NCBI GenBank assembly: GCA_965215505.1 | Contig: OZ244065.1 | Coordinates: 1,216,001 to 1,280,000 of the forward strand | Direction of reading: 5' to 3' | Source of the DNA: Capsulimonadaceae bacterium | Lineage (GTDB): Bacteria; Armatimonadota; Armatimonadia; Armatimonadales; Capsulimonadaceae | DNA: 64,000 nt | Part shown: one piece after another, positions 17,880 through 27,523 of the stretch | Layout: every line of letters begins with the position of its first letter | Numbering within the stretch: the first letter of the stretch is position 1 | Notes under the pieces: model-generated | Databases searched by the model: none | What the model was told of the DNA's origin: nothing | Seen by the model: the letters and a program-made list of their open reading frames with translations, nothing else | Program-made: the position numbers and the translations under genes

Positions 17880-20098
17880 GGATCGTCCCTGCCGCCCTCC
17901 TGGGCCTCGCGCTGCTGCTGGCCCCCGTCTACGCGGCCATTCCTGACAATCCCCTCCCCGTCTGGGAGTCCTGGCTTTCGGCGGGCATCTTCGCGGCGGC
18001 CCTGGCCGCCCTCGTCGCCGTCTGGCGCGGGGATCGGGCGTTTCAGACGCCTTCCAGCCGTGCCGAGCGAGCGTTTCTGATCCTGCTAGGACTGGCTTTC
18101 CTCTCCATCCCCGCCCGCCTGGTCGTTCAGCACGGCACGGGGTTTTTCGGCGTGATGCTGCACGGCTGGGCGACCCTGGCGGCCTATGGGGCGGCGTTCG
18201 CCCTGGCACGGCGCGTCGCCCGTGATAGGGCCGCGCTGTACGGACTGGCCCTGGCCGCCGTGCTGGCCTCGGGGTATGTCGCCGAGCAGGGGGTTCTGGA
18301 GGACCTGCCGTTCCTGCTGAAACACCAGACGACCTGGCGCGTGTTCTCAACCTCCACCCCCGACTACCTGGCGGGCTACCTGGTCATGCTGCTGCCCGTG
18401 ACACTGGCCCTGTTCCTCCAGGTGCCTGGGATGCGCGCCGTCATGCCCCTGGCGCGCAATGCGGCGACGGCACTGCTCGGGCTGATGCTGCTGCTCCAGC
18501 TTGCCACACTGGTCGCGACCGGCTCCCGGTTCGCACTCGTCTCACTGGCTGTCGCCCTTGTCGTCTTCGAGACGGCGTTGTGGCGGGCGCGGCGGCACGG
18601 CCAGACTTTGGACCGGACGACACGCGGGCTGCGGGTCGCGCTGGGGGTCGGGCTGCTGCTGGCGGCCCTGGTCTTCGCGCGGCCGGTCTTCCTGCGCCTG
18701 ACCAATCCCGACCCAAATTCGGGCGCGTTCCGGGCCTGGACCTGGAAAGGGGCGGTCCACATGGCCGCCGCGAACCCCGTGCTTGGAACGGGCATCGGGA
18801 CCTGGGAGGAACAGTACCCGCGCTACGCCCTGACTGGGTTCACGCGGGCCGCCCACCAGTCGTACCTGCAACTGGCCGACGAGTGCGGCGTCCCCGCCCT
18901 GCTGGCGCTGCTGGCGACATTGGGCCTGCTCGGCTCCTCGCTGGTACGCGGGCTGGTCATTGCCCCTGCCGAAGCGCCGACGCCGGAACCCGTGCCGGTG
19001 CCGCAGGGGCGGGGGCCGAAGCGCCAAGCCCCTGCGGTCGCCGCCGCACCTGCGACGACCGACGCCTTGCCGGCAGACCACCGGCTGCTGCTCTGCGGCC
19101 TGCTGGCGGCCCTGGCAGGGGGCGTCGTCCAGAACCTCAGTGACTCAGACTGGTACGTCTTCTTCCTGGGCTTCACCTTCTGGGCGCTGGCCGGCCTTGC
19201 CGCCGGGATCGTCGCGCCAGCCGCCGCCGAAGGGAAAGACGGAAAGCCGGCAAGGCCGCTCCTGTTCGCCTCCGGCCTCGTCGCCGCCGCACTCGCCGCG
19301 CTGGCCGCGACGCAGGCGGTCGGGGCGATGTATGCGGGGCGGGCGCTGGAAATGGCGGCGGCCGACCCGCAGGGCGCGGCAGGCATTTACGACGCGGCGC
19401 GGGCTTGGGACCCGCTGAACGCGCGCTACGCGAGCGACGAGGGGTACAAGATCTTTTTCGCCCGGCTGGGCCGGTTGACCGAGGCGGAGGCGTCGGCCCG
19501 CGCCGCCGTCGCCCTCGCGCCGGACTCGGTCAACTACCGGCGGCTCGGGAAGATTTTGCAGCAGTTCGGCCGGCAGGCGGAGGCGCAGGCGGCTTACGAG
19601 GCCGGTCTGCGCGCCGACCCCAACTCGCTTGACCTGCTGCTGGACATGGCCCAACTCAGCCCGCCTCCCGCCTCGCTGGGTTACTACCGCCGCCTCTCCG
19701 ACCTGGAGATGACGCCGGTCGGGACGGTCCGCGCCCTGGGCGAATACACGGAAACCAAGTTCGCCTACGGGGACACGGTCATGGGGGATGAGGCCGCCAA
19801 GACCGATCCGGCGCGGGCGGCAGGGTACTACGCGCGGGCCGCGCACGTCCTGGAACAGTACGCCGACGGCGGGGGCAGCCAGAACATCCAGCAGGAAGCC
19901 CAGCACGGCAACAAGGCGGACGCGCATCAGGATGCGGACATGCGCGGGCTGTACCAGCACGTCCTCCCCGCCTGGATCGCCGCCGCGCCGCCGGACCAGA
20001 GGGCCGCGCTGAGGCGGCGTCAGGAGAAATACGGGCGGATTTATGACGCCCTGATCGCTCAGTCGTCCGATCAGCAGCCCAAATCGGGTACACTGTAG
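17876..20098 (+). CDS. O-antigen ligase (Wzy_C)-like membrane protein with C-terminal TPR region
   Basis: Multiple TMs; TGSR; R..TW...NPVLGTGIG; AHQSYLQLADECG. Confidence 0.85.
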   Translation: MRIVPAALLGLALLLAPVYAAIPDNPLPVWESWLSAGIFAAALAALVAVWRGDRAFQTPSSRAERAFLILLGLAFLSIPARLVVQHGTGFFGVMLHGWATLAAYGAAFALARRVARDRAALYGLALAAVLASGYVAEQGVLEDLPFLLKHQTTWRVFSTSTPDYLAGYLVMLLPVTLALFLQVPGMRAVMPLARNAATALLGLMLLLQLATLVATGSRFALVSLAVALVVFETALWRARRHGQTLDRTTRGLRVALGVGLLLAALVFARPVFLRLTNPDPNSGAFRAWTWKGAVHMAAANPVLGTGIGTWEEQYPRYALTGFTRAAHQSYLQLADECGVPALLALLATLGLLGSSLVRGLVIAPAEAPTPEPVPVPQGRGPKRQAPAVAAAPATTDALPADHRLLLCGLLAALAGGVVQNLSDSDWYVFFLGFTFWALAGLAAGIVAPAAAEGKDGKPARPLLFASGLVAAALAALAATQAVGAMYAGRALEMAAADPQGAAGIYDAARAWDPLNARYASDEGYKIFFARLGRLTEAEASARAAVALAPDSVNYRRLGKILQQFGRQAEAQAAYEAGLRADPNSLDLLLDMAQLSPPPASLGYYRRLSDLEMTPVGTVRALGEYTETKFAYGDTVMGDEAAKTDPARAAGYYARAAHVLEQYADGGGSQNIQQEAQHGNKADAHQDADMRGLYQHVLPAWIAAAPPDQRAALRRRQEKYGRIYDALIAQSSDQQPKSGTL

Positions 20099-20127
20099 AG
20101 CAGATTTCTCAGGAGACACTACCCGTT

Positions 20128-20802
20128 ATGAACATCACCGCCACCAAGCGCGGCCCGCAGAGCAAGGGCGAGCGCAAGAAACGCATGCGCCAGGGCTTCA
20201 TCCCCGGCGCGATCTACGGCAAGGGGCTAACGCCGGTCAACGTCGAGGTCAACACCAAGTCCATCGCGGACGTGCTGACCGCAGAGACGGGCCTGAACAC
20301 CGTCATTGACCTGACGGTTGAGGGCGACACCGCGCCGCATTCGGTCCTGGTGGACAACCTGGAGCGGAACCCGATCACGCGCGCCTTCGTGTCCGTCGGC
20401 TTCCACCAGGTCAAGAAGGGCGACAAGGTCACCGCCCAGATCCCCATCCAACTCATCGGCGAGCCGCCCACGGTCGCGACGGGCGAGGCGGTCCTGGAAC
20501 AGACTCTGGAGGCCATCACGGTCCACGCCGAGCCGGGCAACCTGCCCGCCCACCTGGACGTGGACGTCGCGCACCTCAGCCCCGGCGACGTGCTGCACGT
20601 CTCCGACCTGCCGCACAACCCCCTGCTCGAGTTCACCTCGGGCGAGGAGACGGCCATCGCCGCCCTGCACTACTCGCGCACGGCCCAGGCCGTCGAGGAG
20701 GCCGACGTGGCGGCGGCTGAGGCCGAGCCTGCCGGCTTGGACGCCGTGACCGAGCTGCGCGCCGATGCGGATGCCGGTTCGGACTCGGTGACGGGGGTTT
20801 AG
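20128..20802 (+). CDS. rplY: 50S ribosomal protein bL25/Ctc
   Basis: RRQGFIPGAIYGKG-type motif (MRQGFIPGAIYGKG) plus Ctc C-terminal domain. Confidence 0.92.
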   Translation: MNITATKRGPQSKGERKKRMRQGFIPGAIYGKGLTPVNVEVNTKSIADVLTAETGLNTVIDLTVEGDTAPHSVLVDNLERNPITRAFVSVGFHQVKKGDKVTAQIPIQLIGEPPTVATGEAVLEQTLEAITVHAEPGNLPAHLDVDVAHLSPGDVLHVSDLPHNPLLEFTSGEETAIAALHYSRTAQAVEEADVAAAEAEPAGLDAVTELRADADAGSDSVTGV

Positions 20803-20817
20803 CCTCCGGCGCGCGTG

Positions 20818-20856
20818 ACCGGCACTTCCAGCACTGGAAGTGCCGGTTTTCTTTTG
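20818..20856 (+). terminator. Intrinsic terminator after rplY
   Basis: ACCGGCACTTCCAG-CA-CTGGAAGTGCCGGT followed by T run. Confidence 0.85.
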
Positions 20857-20874
20857 ACCTGGTACAATCACCCC

Positions 20875-22026
20875 ATGACCGAGCGCATCTATCTCGACCA
20901 CGCCGCTACTACCCCGCTGCGGCCCGAAGTGAGGGCAGCGATGGAGCCGTACCTGGCCGCAGACGGCTTCGGCAACCCGAGCAGCCTGCACGCGGACGGG
21001 CAGCGCGCCAAGCGCGCCCTGGACGCCGCCCGCGACACGGTGGCGCAGGCGTTGGGCGGGCAGTTCTCCGAAATCACTTTCACCAGCGGCGGGACCGAGG
21101 CGGACAACGCCGCCCTGGTCGGCGTCCTGCTGGCGCGCGGGCCTGGCAGCCATCTGGTCACGGCGCGGGCCGAGCATGAGGCCATCGGGGAGACGGCCCG
21201 TTTCCTGGAAAAGCTCGGCTTCGGCGTCACGTTCGTGCCGGTGGATGAGTTCGGCCACATCTCGCCGCCCGACATCGCAGACGCCATAACCGACCAGACG
21301 GCGCTGGTTTCGGTCATGCACGCAAACAACGAGGTCGGCACGGTCCAGCCCGTGCGTGAGATCGCGGACATCGCCCACGCGCGCGGCGCGTATCTCCACA
21401 CGGACGCCGTGCAGACGTTCGGCCAGTTGCCCGTGAACGTCGGCGATCTGGGCGCGGATCTTATGACCGTCTCCGCCCACAAGATCTACGGGCCGAAGGG
21501 CGCGGGCGCGCTGTATGTCCGCTCCGGCGTCCCTATCGAGCCGCTGCTGCACGGCGGGGGCCAGGAGCGCGAGAGGAGGGCGGGCACGGAGAACGTGCCG
21601 GCCATCGTCGGCTTCGGCGAGGCCGTGCGCCTGATGCTCCCCGAGCGCGATGCCGAAGCCGCGCGCCTGACGGGGCTGCGTGACCTGCTTTTGGACGCCC
21701 TGCGCCGGCGTCTCCCCGGCGTCCTCCTGAACGGCCACCCGACCGAACGGCTGCCGAACAACCTCAACGTCTCGTTCCCCGGCCTGGATGCCGAGACCCT
21801 GCTGCTGGCCCTGGACCGGGCGGGCATTTCGGCCTCTTCCGGGTCTGCCTGCACGTCCGGCAGCATCGAGCCGAGCCACGTCCTCACGGCGATGGGGCTG
21901 GCCGACGACCGGGTGCGGAGCGCCGTCCGCCTGACCCTGGGGCGCGGCACGACGCGGGAACAGATGGACCGTACCGTAGACATCCTGGCGGGCATCGTCG
22001 CCCGCCTGCGGCCCGAGCCGCGCTGA
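20875..22026 (+). CDS. iscS: Cysteine desulfurase (IscS/NifS group)
   Basis: IYLDHAATT, FTSGGTE, SAHKIYGPKG, SSGSACTS. Confidence 0.93.
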   Translation: MTERIYLDHAATTPLRPEVRAAMEPYLAADGFGNPSSLHADGQRAKRALDAARDTVAQALGGQFSEITFTSGGTEADNAALVGVLLARGPGSHLVTARAEHEAIGETARFLEKLGFGVTFVPVDEFGHISPPDIADAITDQTALVSVMHANNEVGTVQPVREIADIAHARGAYLHTDAVQTFGQLPVNVGDLGADLMTVSAHKIYGPKGAGALYVRSGVPIEPLLHGGGQERERRAGTENVPAIVGFGEAVRLMLPERDAEAARLTGLRDLLLDALRRRLPGVLLNGHPTERLPNNLNVSFPGLDAETLLLALDRAGISASSGSACTSGSIEPSHVLTAMGLADDRVRSAVRLTLGRGTTREQMDRTVDILAGIVARLRPEPR

Positions 22027-22039
22027 GGCACCGACCGCC

Positions 22040-23035
22040 ATGAACATTCTAGTCAATCTTCCTCCCGGCTTCTTCTCACTCCCCGCTCTGGTGCCTGCTT
22101 TTGAACGTCTGGCGGCGCTGGGGGAGGTGCGGCGGACATCCCACGATACGGCGGAGCCGTTCGGGCCGGACCTGGCCTGGGCGGATGCCGTCTTGATATG
22201 GGCCTGGCCGGTCTACACGGAAGCGATGCTGGAAGCCGCGCCGAGGCTTGTGTTCTCGGGGAACCTCGACATCACCCAGGCCGGGGCGCGGGCGGCCTTG
22301 GCGCGGGGGCTGCCGGTTTCGGTTTCGCGGGGCGGGTTTTCTCCGACCGTGGCCGAGTTCGCTCTGACGCTGATCCTCACCACGCTGCGCCGGGCGACCG
22401 CCCACCAGGAGGCCATGCGGGCGGGGGACGACGTCTGGATACGCAGCTTCCCGACCGGGATTGACCCATGCGAGCGGGAGCTGACCGGGCGCAGCGTCGG
22501 CATCGTCGGGCTGGGACAAATCGGGCGGCGGCTGGCCGAACTGCTGCGCCCCTTCCGGTGCGACCTGCGCGTCGTGGACCCGTTTGTCACGGATGAAGTC
22601 CTGGCCGCGCACGACGCCCGCCGGGCCGGCCTCGAAGAGATGCTGCGGGCCTCGGACGTCGTCGTCCTCTGCGCCGCCTCCAATGCGGGCACCCGGCACC
22701 TGCTGGGTGCCCGCGAGATCGGGATGCTCCGGCCCGACGCCGTCCTGGTCAATGTCGCGCGCGCGGCCCTGGTGGATACCCCAGCCCTGACGGAGCGCCT
22801 CCAGCGCGGGGACCTGTTCGCCGCCCTGGATGTGTTCGACCGGGAGCCGCTGGAAAAGGACTCGCCCCTGCGGGCCATGCCGAATGTTTTCCTGACGCCG
22901 CACCGGGCGGGCGTCACGGTCGCCGCCGCGCGGCGCATCTTCGAGTGGCTTGTGGACGACCTGGAAGCGGTGGTGGGGGGCCGCGAGCGCCGTCACCCAC
23001 TGACGGAGGCCATGCTGCCGAGCCTCGACGCCTGA
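22040..23035 (+). CDS. D-2-hydroxyacid dehydrogenase family
   Basis: GLGQIG, VNVARA, ALDVFDREP, LTPHRAG. Confidence 0.9.
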   Translation: MNILVNLPPGFFSLPALVPAFERLAALGEVRRTSHDTAEPFGPDLAWADAVLIWAWPVYTEAMLEAAPRLVFSGNLDITQAGARAALARGLPVSVSRGGFSPTVAEFALTLILTTLRRATAHQEAMRAGDDVWIRSFPTGIDPCERELTGRSVGIVGLGQIGRRLAELLRPFRCDLRVVDPFVTDEVLAAHDARRAGLEEMLRASDVVVLCAASNAGTRHLLGAREIGMLRPDAVLVNVARAALVDTPALTERLQRGDLFAALDVFDREPLEKDSPLRAMPNVFLTPHRAGVTVAAARRIFEWLVDDLEAVVGGRERRHPLTEAMLPSLDA

Positions 23036-23056
23036 GCCTGCTCTGATCCTGGAGAC

Positions 23057-23091
23057 ACAAAAACGCCCCGGCAGGGTCCTGCCGGGGCGTT
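23057..23091. terminator. Intrinsic terminator between convergent genes
   Basis: AACGCCCCGGCAGG...CCTGCCGGGGCGTT with flanking A run. Confidence 0.8.
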
Positions 23092-23099
23092 CACATCGT

Positions 23100-23657
23100 C
23101 TAAGCCGTCGCCGCGTAGTTGTCCGACCCGCCCACGTCGTGGAAGACGGGCAGGTAGTCGCGCCAGACCTCGTTCTTGGTGCCGTTGATGTACTTGGTCA
23201 GGCTGATGTACGGCACATAGCGCGGGCGGCGCGGCGGGCGGGCCAGTTTCATGCCGCAGTGGGACAGCAGCTTGTCGCCCTTGCGGGCGTTGCACCGGCG
23301 GCAGCAGGCGACCAGATTGTCCCAGTGCATCCCGCCGCCCACCTTCTTGGGAAGGATGTGGTCGATGGTGAGGTCACGGGTCTGGACGCCGCAGTACTGG
23401 CAGGTGTAGTTGTCGCGCGCGAAGATGGACCGGCGCGACAGCTTCAACTCCGGCAGGGGCCGCTTGACGTGGTAGCGCAGGCGCAGGACGGACGGCGCGG
23501 CGAAGGTTTCGCCCTCGCCGGTGGTCAGGCGGGGCGCGGCGTCGTGCGCGTGCAGGACGTCGGCTTTGCCCAGGTACAGCAGCACGACGGCCCGGCGCAG
23601 GTTGCACACGTTCAGCGGCTCATAGTCGCTGTTCAGAATAAGTACCTCATGGCTCAT
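23100..23657 (-). CDS. HNH endonuclease (McrA/COG1403 type)
   Basis: VLILNSDYEPLNV; RDNYTCQYCG, TIDHILP, WDNLVACCRRCNARKG. Confidence 0.93.
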   Translation of the reverse strand: MSHEVLILNSDYEPLNVCNLRRAVVLLYLGKADVLHAHDAAPRLTTGEGETFAAPSVLRLRYHVKRPLPELKLSRRSIFARDNYTCQYCGVQTRDLTIDHILPKKVGGGMHWDNLVACCRRCNARKGDKLLSHCGMKLARPPRRPRYVPYISLTKYINGTKNEVWRDYLPVFHDVGGSDNYAATA

Positions 23658-23735
23658 AGTGATGGTCGTCCAATCCTTTCCCGTATTTCCCGTCTAGTCT
23701 TTCCCGTCAGGTGTCCGTCAAGTCTTCGGCCTAGG

Positions 23736-23794
23736 AAACAAAAAAACCCGCCTCGACCTTGCCGTCAGGAAGACGGCGCGGGTCGCAAGCGGGT
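23736..23794 (-). terminator. Attenuator-type terminator in the HNH 5' leader
   Basis: ACCCGC..CGACC..GCCGTC-TTCCT-GACGGC..GGTCG..GCGGGT followed by a T7 run. Confidence 0.75.
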
Positions 23795-23893
23795 GGTTGG
23801 CGCGTAACAGTGGTGTTGCCACACATGCACGAGGCGCGCATGGGTGTGGCGGTGCGCGTGGGCATGGTACAGCGCGTGCCGGTGCCGCGGCAT
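23765..23893 (-). CDS. Putative His-rich leader peptide (42 aa)
   Basis: MPRHRHALYHAHAHRHTHARLVHVWQHHCYAPTTRLRPAPSS; purine-rich RBS; stop lies inside the terminator. Confidence 0.5.
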   Translation of the reverse strand: MPRHRHALYHAHAHRHTHARLVHVWQHHCYAPTTRLRPAPSS

Positions 23894-23986
23894 CCCCCTT
23901 CCCGCTTCCTCCCGCTCGTGCGGGCTTTGAATGTCACTCCAAGGTCGGTTCATAGGATGTGGCGCGCGTTCAAGACTTCTGCGATG

Positions 23987-24016
23987 ATTGTAGCAAGTTT
24001 CGGGCGGCTTTGTCAA
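23987..24016 (-). promoter_or_regulatory. Sigma70 promoter of leader-HNH transcript
   Basis: TTGACA-18-TACAAT with extended TG. Confidence 0.75.
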
Positions 24017-24067
24017 CAAGGAGGAAGGAATTTTTGAGGAGGCAAGGCCGGGTACAATAAAGATACC

Positions 24068-25831
24068 ATGATATTTGATTCGCTGCTCCTGGCCGCCGTG
24101 CGGGACGAACTCGGGAAGGCCCTCGTCGGCGGCAAAGTTGATAAGATCGCCCAGCCGGACCCGCTGGAAGTCGTCCTACGGGTTTACCACGCGGGGCACA
24201 AACATGACCTGATGCTCTCGTGCGACCCGCAGGAGGCGCGCATCCACCTGACCCACCTGCGGCGCGAGAACCCGCCCACCCCGCCGCCCTTCTGCGCGGT
24301 CCTGCGGCGGTATCTGGATGGGGCCTGGCTGGACGACGTTTCCATGCCGCTCGGCTTCGGCGAGCGGGTCCTGCACCTGCACTTCAAGGCCGTGGACGGG
24401 GCACCCTATACCCTGATCGCCGAGATCATGGGGAAGCATTCCAACCTTATTCTTGTGACCGGGGCGGGAACGATCCTGGGCGCGGCCAAGCCGGTCGGGC
24501 GCAGCATCAACCGCTTCCGGCAGATACTCCCCGGCCTGCCCTATGTCGCGCCGCCCCGGCAGCGCGGCAAGCGCGACCCACTGGCCCCGCTCGACCCCGA
24601 AACCGCCCCGCTGGAGGACGACGAGGCGCTGTCGCCGGAGGAGGCCAAGGAGTGGCTGATGGCCCACTGGTCGGGGGTCAGCCCGCTGCTGGCCCAGGAA
24701 ACCATCCTGCGCGCCCGGCGGGGCCTGCTGACGCCGCAGTCCCTCAGCCACGCCTTGACCCTGCTGCTGACGGTGGTGCGGGTGGGCGACTGGATGCCGC
24801 GCGTCTGGACCGACGAGGCGGGCGTGACCCTGGGGGCCTATCCCATCCCGCTCCTCTCGGTCCCGCCAAGCCAGCAGCACCTGCGCGAGTCGGTCAGCGT
24901 CGCCCTGGACCATGCCTCGGGGTCCATCATCCGCCGGGACACGTTCGACCGGGCCAAAGAGTCGCTGCTGTCGGCGCTGCTGCGGACTCGGAAGCTGAAG
25001 GAGCGGGAGGCGGAGGAGTTCCAGAAGGGCTTGCAGAACGCGGGCCGGGCCGAGGAGTACCGGCAGACGGGGGACCTGCTGCTGACCAACCAGGCACAGA
25101 TCCAGCGCGGCCAGTCGCTGGTCTCGGTGCCGGACTACTACGCCCCGCCGCTGCCGGACGGCGAGCCGACGATGCGGTTCATCGTGCTCGACCCGACCCT
25201 GCCGATCCACGAGAACGCCGAGCGGTTCTACAAACGCAGCCGCAAGGCCGAAACGAGCGCGATGACTCTGCGCGAGCGGCGGGCACAGGCCCTGGAAGAG
25301 GCGGCCCTGATCTCCCAGGCCGAGCGGGAGGCGTCGCGGGCCACGACGCCCGAGGAGATCGCCGCCATCCGCACCAGCATGGCCGAGTCGCTGGCCCACG
25401 GCCCGCAGCCGACGGGGCCGGCCGCGACGGGTTCGCGCCCCGCCCTGCCGGAGTTCGAGGGCCACAAGATCAAGCGCACGCACACGGTGGACGGCTGGGA
25501 GATACTGGTGGGCGAGAACGCGACTTCTAACGACTACTTGACCACGAAGATCGCCGTGTCCTCAGACATCTGGCTGCACGTCCGGGCCGCCGCCTCGGCC
25601 CACGGGGTCATCCGCGCCCAGAACCGCCCCGCCGCCGTCTCCCCCGCCGCCTTGCAGCAGGCCGCCGAGATGGTCGCCGCCCGCAGCGAGTCCAAGCACT
25701 CGTCGCTGATTCCGGTGGATTACACGCTGAAGAAGTACGTCCGCAAGCCCCGCAAGAGCGCGCCGGGCGCGGTGACATATCAGAACGAGAAGACGCTGTT
25801 CGTCGCGGGCATCCACGGCGAGAGCGCGTAG
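24068..25831 (+). CDS. rqcH: Rqc2/NFACT ribosome quality-control protein
   Basis: GGKVDKIAQP, ERVL, EIMGKHSNLIL, ENAERFYK, VGENATSND, DIWLH, VDYT. Confidence 0.92.
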   Translation: MIFDSLLLAAVRDELGKALVGGKVDKIAQPDPLEVVLRVYHAGHKHDLMLSCDPQEARIHLTHLRRENPPTPPPFCAVLRRYLDGAWLDDVSMPLGFGERVLHLHFKAVDGAPYTLIAEIMGKHSNLILVTGAGTILGAAKPVGRSINRFRQILPGLPYVAPPRQRGKRDPLAPLDPETAPLEDDEALSPEEAKEWLMAHWSGVSPLLAQETILRARRGLLTPQSLSHALTLLLTVVRVGDWMPRVWTDEAGVTLGAYPIPLLSVPPSQQHLRESVSVALDHASGSIIRRDTFDRAKESLLSALLRTRKLKEREAEEFQKGLQNAGRAEEYRQTGDLLLTNQAQIQRGQSLVSVPDYYAPPLPDGEPTMRFIVLDPTLPIHENAERFYKRSRKAETSAMTLRERRAQALEEAALISQAEREASRATTPEEIAAIRTSMAESLAHGPQPTGPAATGSRPALPEFEGHKIKRTHTVDGWEILVGENATSNDYLTTKIAVSSDIWLHVRAAASAHGVIRAQNRPAAVSPAALQQAAEMVAARSESKHSSLIPVDYTLKKYVRKPRKSAPGAVTYQNEKTLFVAGIHGESA

Positions 25832-25860
25832 TCGGTCGGGAAGGGTGTCCCGCGTCTGTG

Positions 25861-26946
25861 TCAGCCCGAGTACCCGTAGGCACCGCGGGCGTCTTTCCAT
25901 ACTTTTGACCGGCGCACGACGCGGCCCGCCGCGTCGCGGTAGGTCAGCAGCAGCGTGCCGACCGCGTCCAGCCGGCCATCCTGGGATTTGTAGTCGACGG
26001 GCCAGGGGACGTCCGGCGGCAGGGTGCCGAAGAGGGTCGTGTGGTGGACCGTGAGGGCATCCACGGCCCGCGTCCCCAGCGTCCGGCCCTGGGCGTCGGC
26101 GACGGTCACGGTTTCGGAAGCGCCTTCCACGTTGACGCGCAGGCTCTCGTCCGGCCCGCTCTGATCCCCGCCCGCTCTTTCGACGACGAGCGAGCGCTCG
26201 TCGCGGAGGACGATCAGCGGGGAGGGGGGCAGGTGGCCGCTCCAGAGCAAGGCCCCGGCGCTGACGCGGAAGACTCCGCCCGCCCCCTGGACCTGGACGC
26301 TGGGCGTCGTGATGGACACCTGATCGCCCTGGATGCGGGAGTCCTGGCTGCCGAACCGGGTGGGCGGGAGGTGTCCCGCCCAGAGGAGTACCCCGCCTTT
26401 GCCGGTCAGCCGCGCGCGCCCATCCCTGGTCTTGTCGAAGAGCAAGTCGGGCTTGGCGACGTCCGCGACGTCGGACCAGAGCACCCGATACCCGCCGTTT
26501 CTCAGGATGTGGACGCCGGCCTTTGTCTCCTGGATGAAGGCGGTGAGGGCGACCGGTGCAGTCCAGACGACCGCTTCCGGACCCTTCACAGCGCCCACAT
26601 CGCCGTTCTTCCCCTGGTCCGTGATCGTCAGGACTTTGTCACGGTATGCCACCCGCAGCCTCGGGACGAAGGCCGGAGGGCCGGAGAACTCTACCGGCTG
26701 GAAGTGGAGGTCTTTCAGGGCGGCGTTCCCGGTTGGCGTGGGGGCGCTGGAGAACTGCGGCTCGGCCGGGGCGCTTTCGCGGTGCCTCAGAAACGACGGG
26801 GGCCATGCCAGAGGGTGCGGGTGCCCGCCGAGGAGGAGCAGGCCCCCCGCCAAGGGCAGCAGGGCGAGGCAGGCAAACCCCCATAGGGGCCGCTTGCGCC
26901 GGGGCAAGTTAGACCGGGACGGGAGGGGCGGCGGGGGCGGTTCCAT
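25861..26946 (-). CDS. Hypothetical membrane-anchored protein
   Basis: N-terminal TM; repeated LLW(A/S)GHLPP unit. Confidence 0.65.
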   Translation of the reverse strand: MEPPPPPLPSRSNLPRRKRPLWGFACLALLPLAGGLLLLGGHPHPLAWPPSFLRHRESAPAEPQFSSAPTPTGNAALKDLHFQPVEFSGPPAFVPRLRVAYRDKVLTITDQGKNGDVGAVKGPEAVVWTAPVALTAFIQETKAGVHILRNGGYRVLWSDVADVAKPDLLFDKTRDGRARLTGKGGVLLWAGHLPPTRFGSQDSRIQGDQVSITTPSVQVQGAGGVFRVSAGALLWSGHLPPSPLIVLRDERSLVVERAGGDQSGPDESLRVNVEGASETVTVADAQGRTLGTRAVDALTVHHTTLFGTLPPDVPWPVDYKSQDGRLDAVGTLLLTYRDAAGRVVRRSKVWKDARGAYGYSG

Positions 26947-26956
26947 GGCTGGCGGT

Positions 26957-27523
26957 TCAATCCTCTCTCGGGGACGGCGCGTGGAGGCTCAGGAAGGTCG
27001 GCGGGACGGCGTCGGTCAGCCAGACGCCGTTGTCCGAGCGGTAGAAGAGGCGGCCGGCCTGGGACATGGCCGATGCATCCACGGCGAAGATCACCGGCCG
27101 CCCGTGGCGCGCACCGACGGCCCGCGCGGTCCCCACGTCGGCGGAGAGGTGAACGTGGTGGCGGCGCATCTTGTCCAGGCCGGTGCGGGCGATGACGTCG
27201 GCGGTCTGGTGCCCGGTGCCGTGGTAGAGGATATTAGGGGGCGTGGCCGGTTCGAGCTGCAAGTCTACGTCAACGCTGTGGCCCTGGTTGGCGCGGAGGA
27301 GCGTTCCCGTGGAGTCGAAGGAGAACCGCTGCTTGCTGTTTTGGGCGACGACCTCCTCCAGCTCGGCCCGCGACAGACCAAACCGGTGGCGGGCGCAGGC
27401 GGCCAGCAGGTCGTCCACCCCGACCCAGCCGCCCGGCGCGAGTGTCAGGCCGAGGCCCTCAGGGTCGTGCCGGAGGTGCTTGCTCAGGAACTTGCTGATG
27501 CGGACCAGCCGCGTCTCGTTCAT
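26957..27523 (-). CDS. kptA: RNA 2'-phosphotransferase (Tpt1/KptA)
   Basis: SKFLSKHLRH, KQRF, RANQGHS, LYHGT, HVHLS, NGVWL. Confidence 0.95.
   Translation of the reverse strand: MNETRLVRISKFLSKHLRHDPEGLGLTLAPGGWVGVDDLLAACARHRFGLSRAELEEVVAQNSKQRFSFDSTGTLLRANQGHSVDVDLQLEPATPPNILYHGTGHQTADVIARTGLDKMRRHHVHLSADVGTARAVGARHGRPVIFAVDASAMSQAGRLFYRSDNGVWLTDAVPPTFLSLHAPSPRED

Noticed and set aside
23100-24016. HNH plus structured upstream RNA as an IscB/OMEGA-type RNA-guided nuclease
   Set aside because: Only 185 aa with no PLMP or RuvC motifs or transposon ends; the leader fits attenuation better, though an Rfam search is still worthwhile
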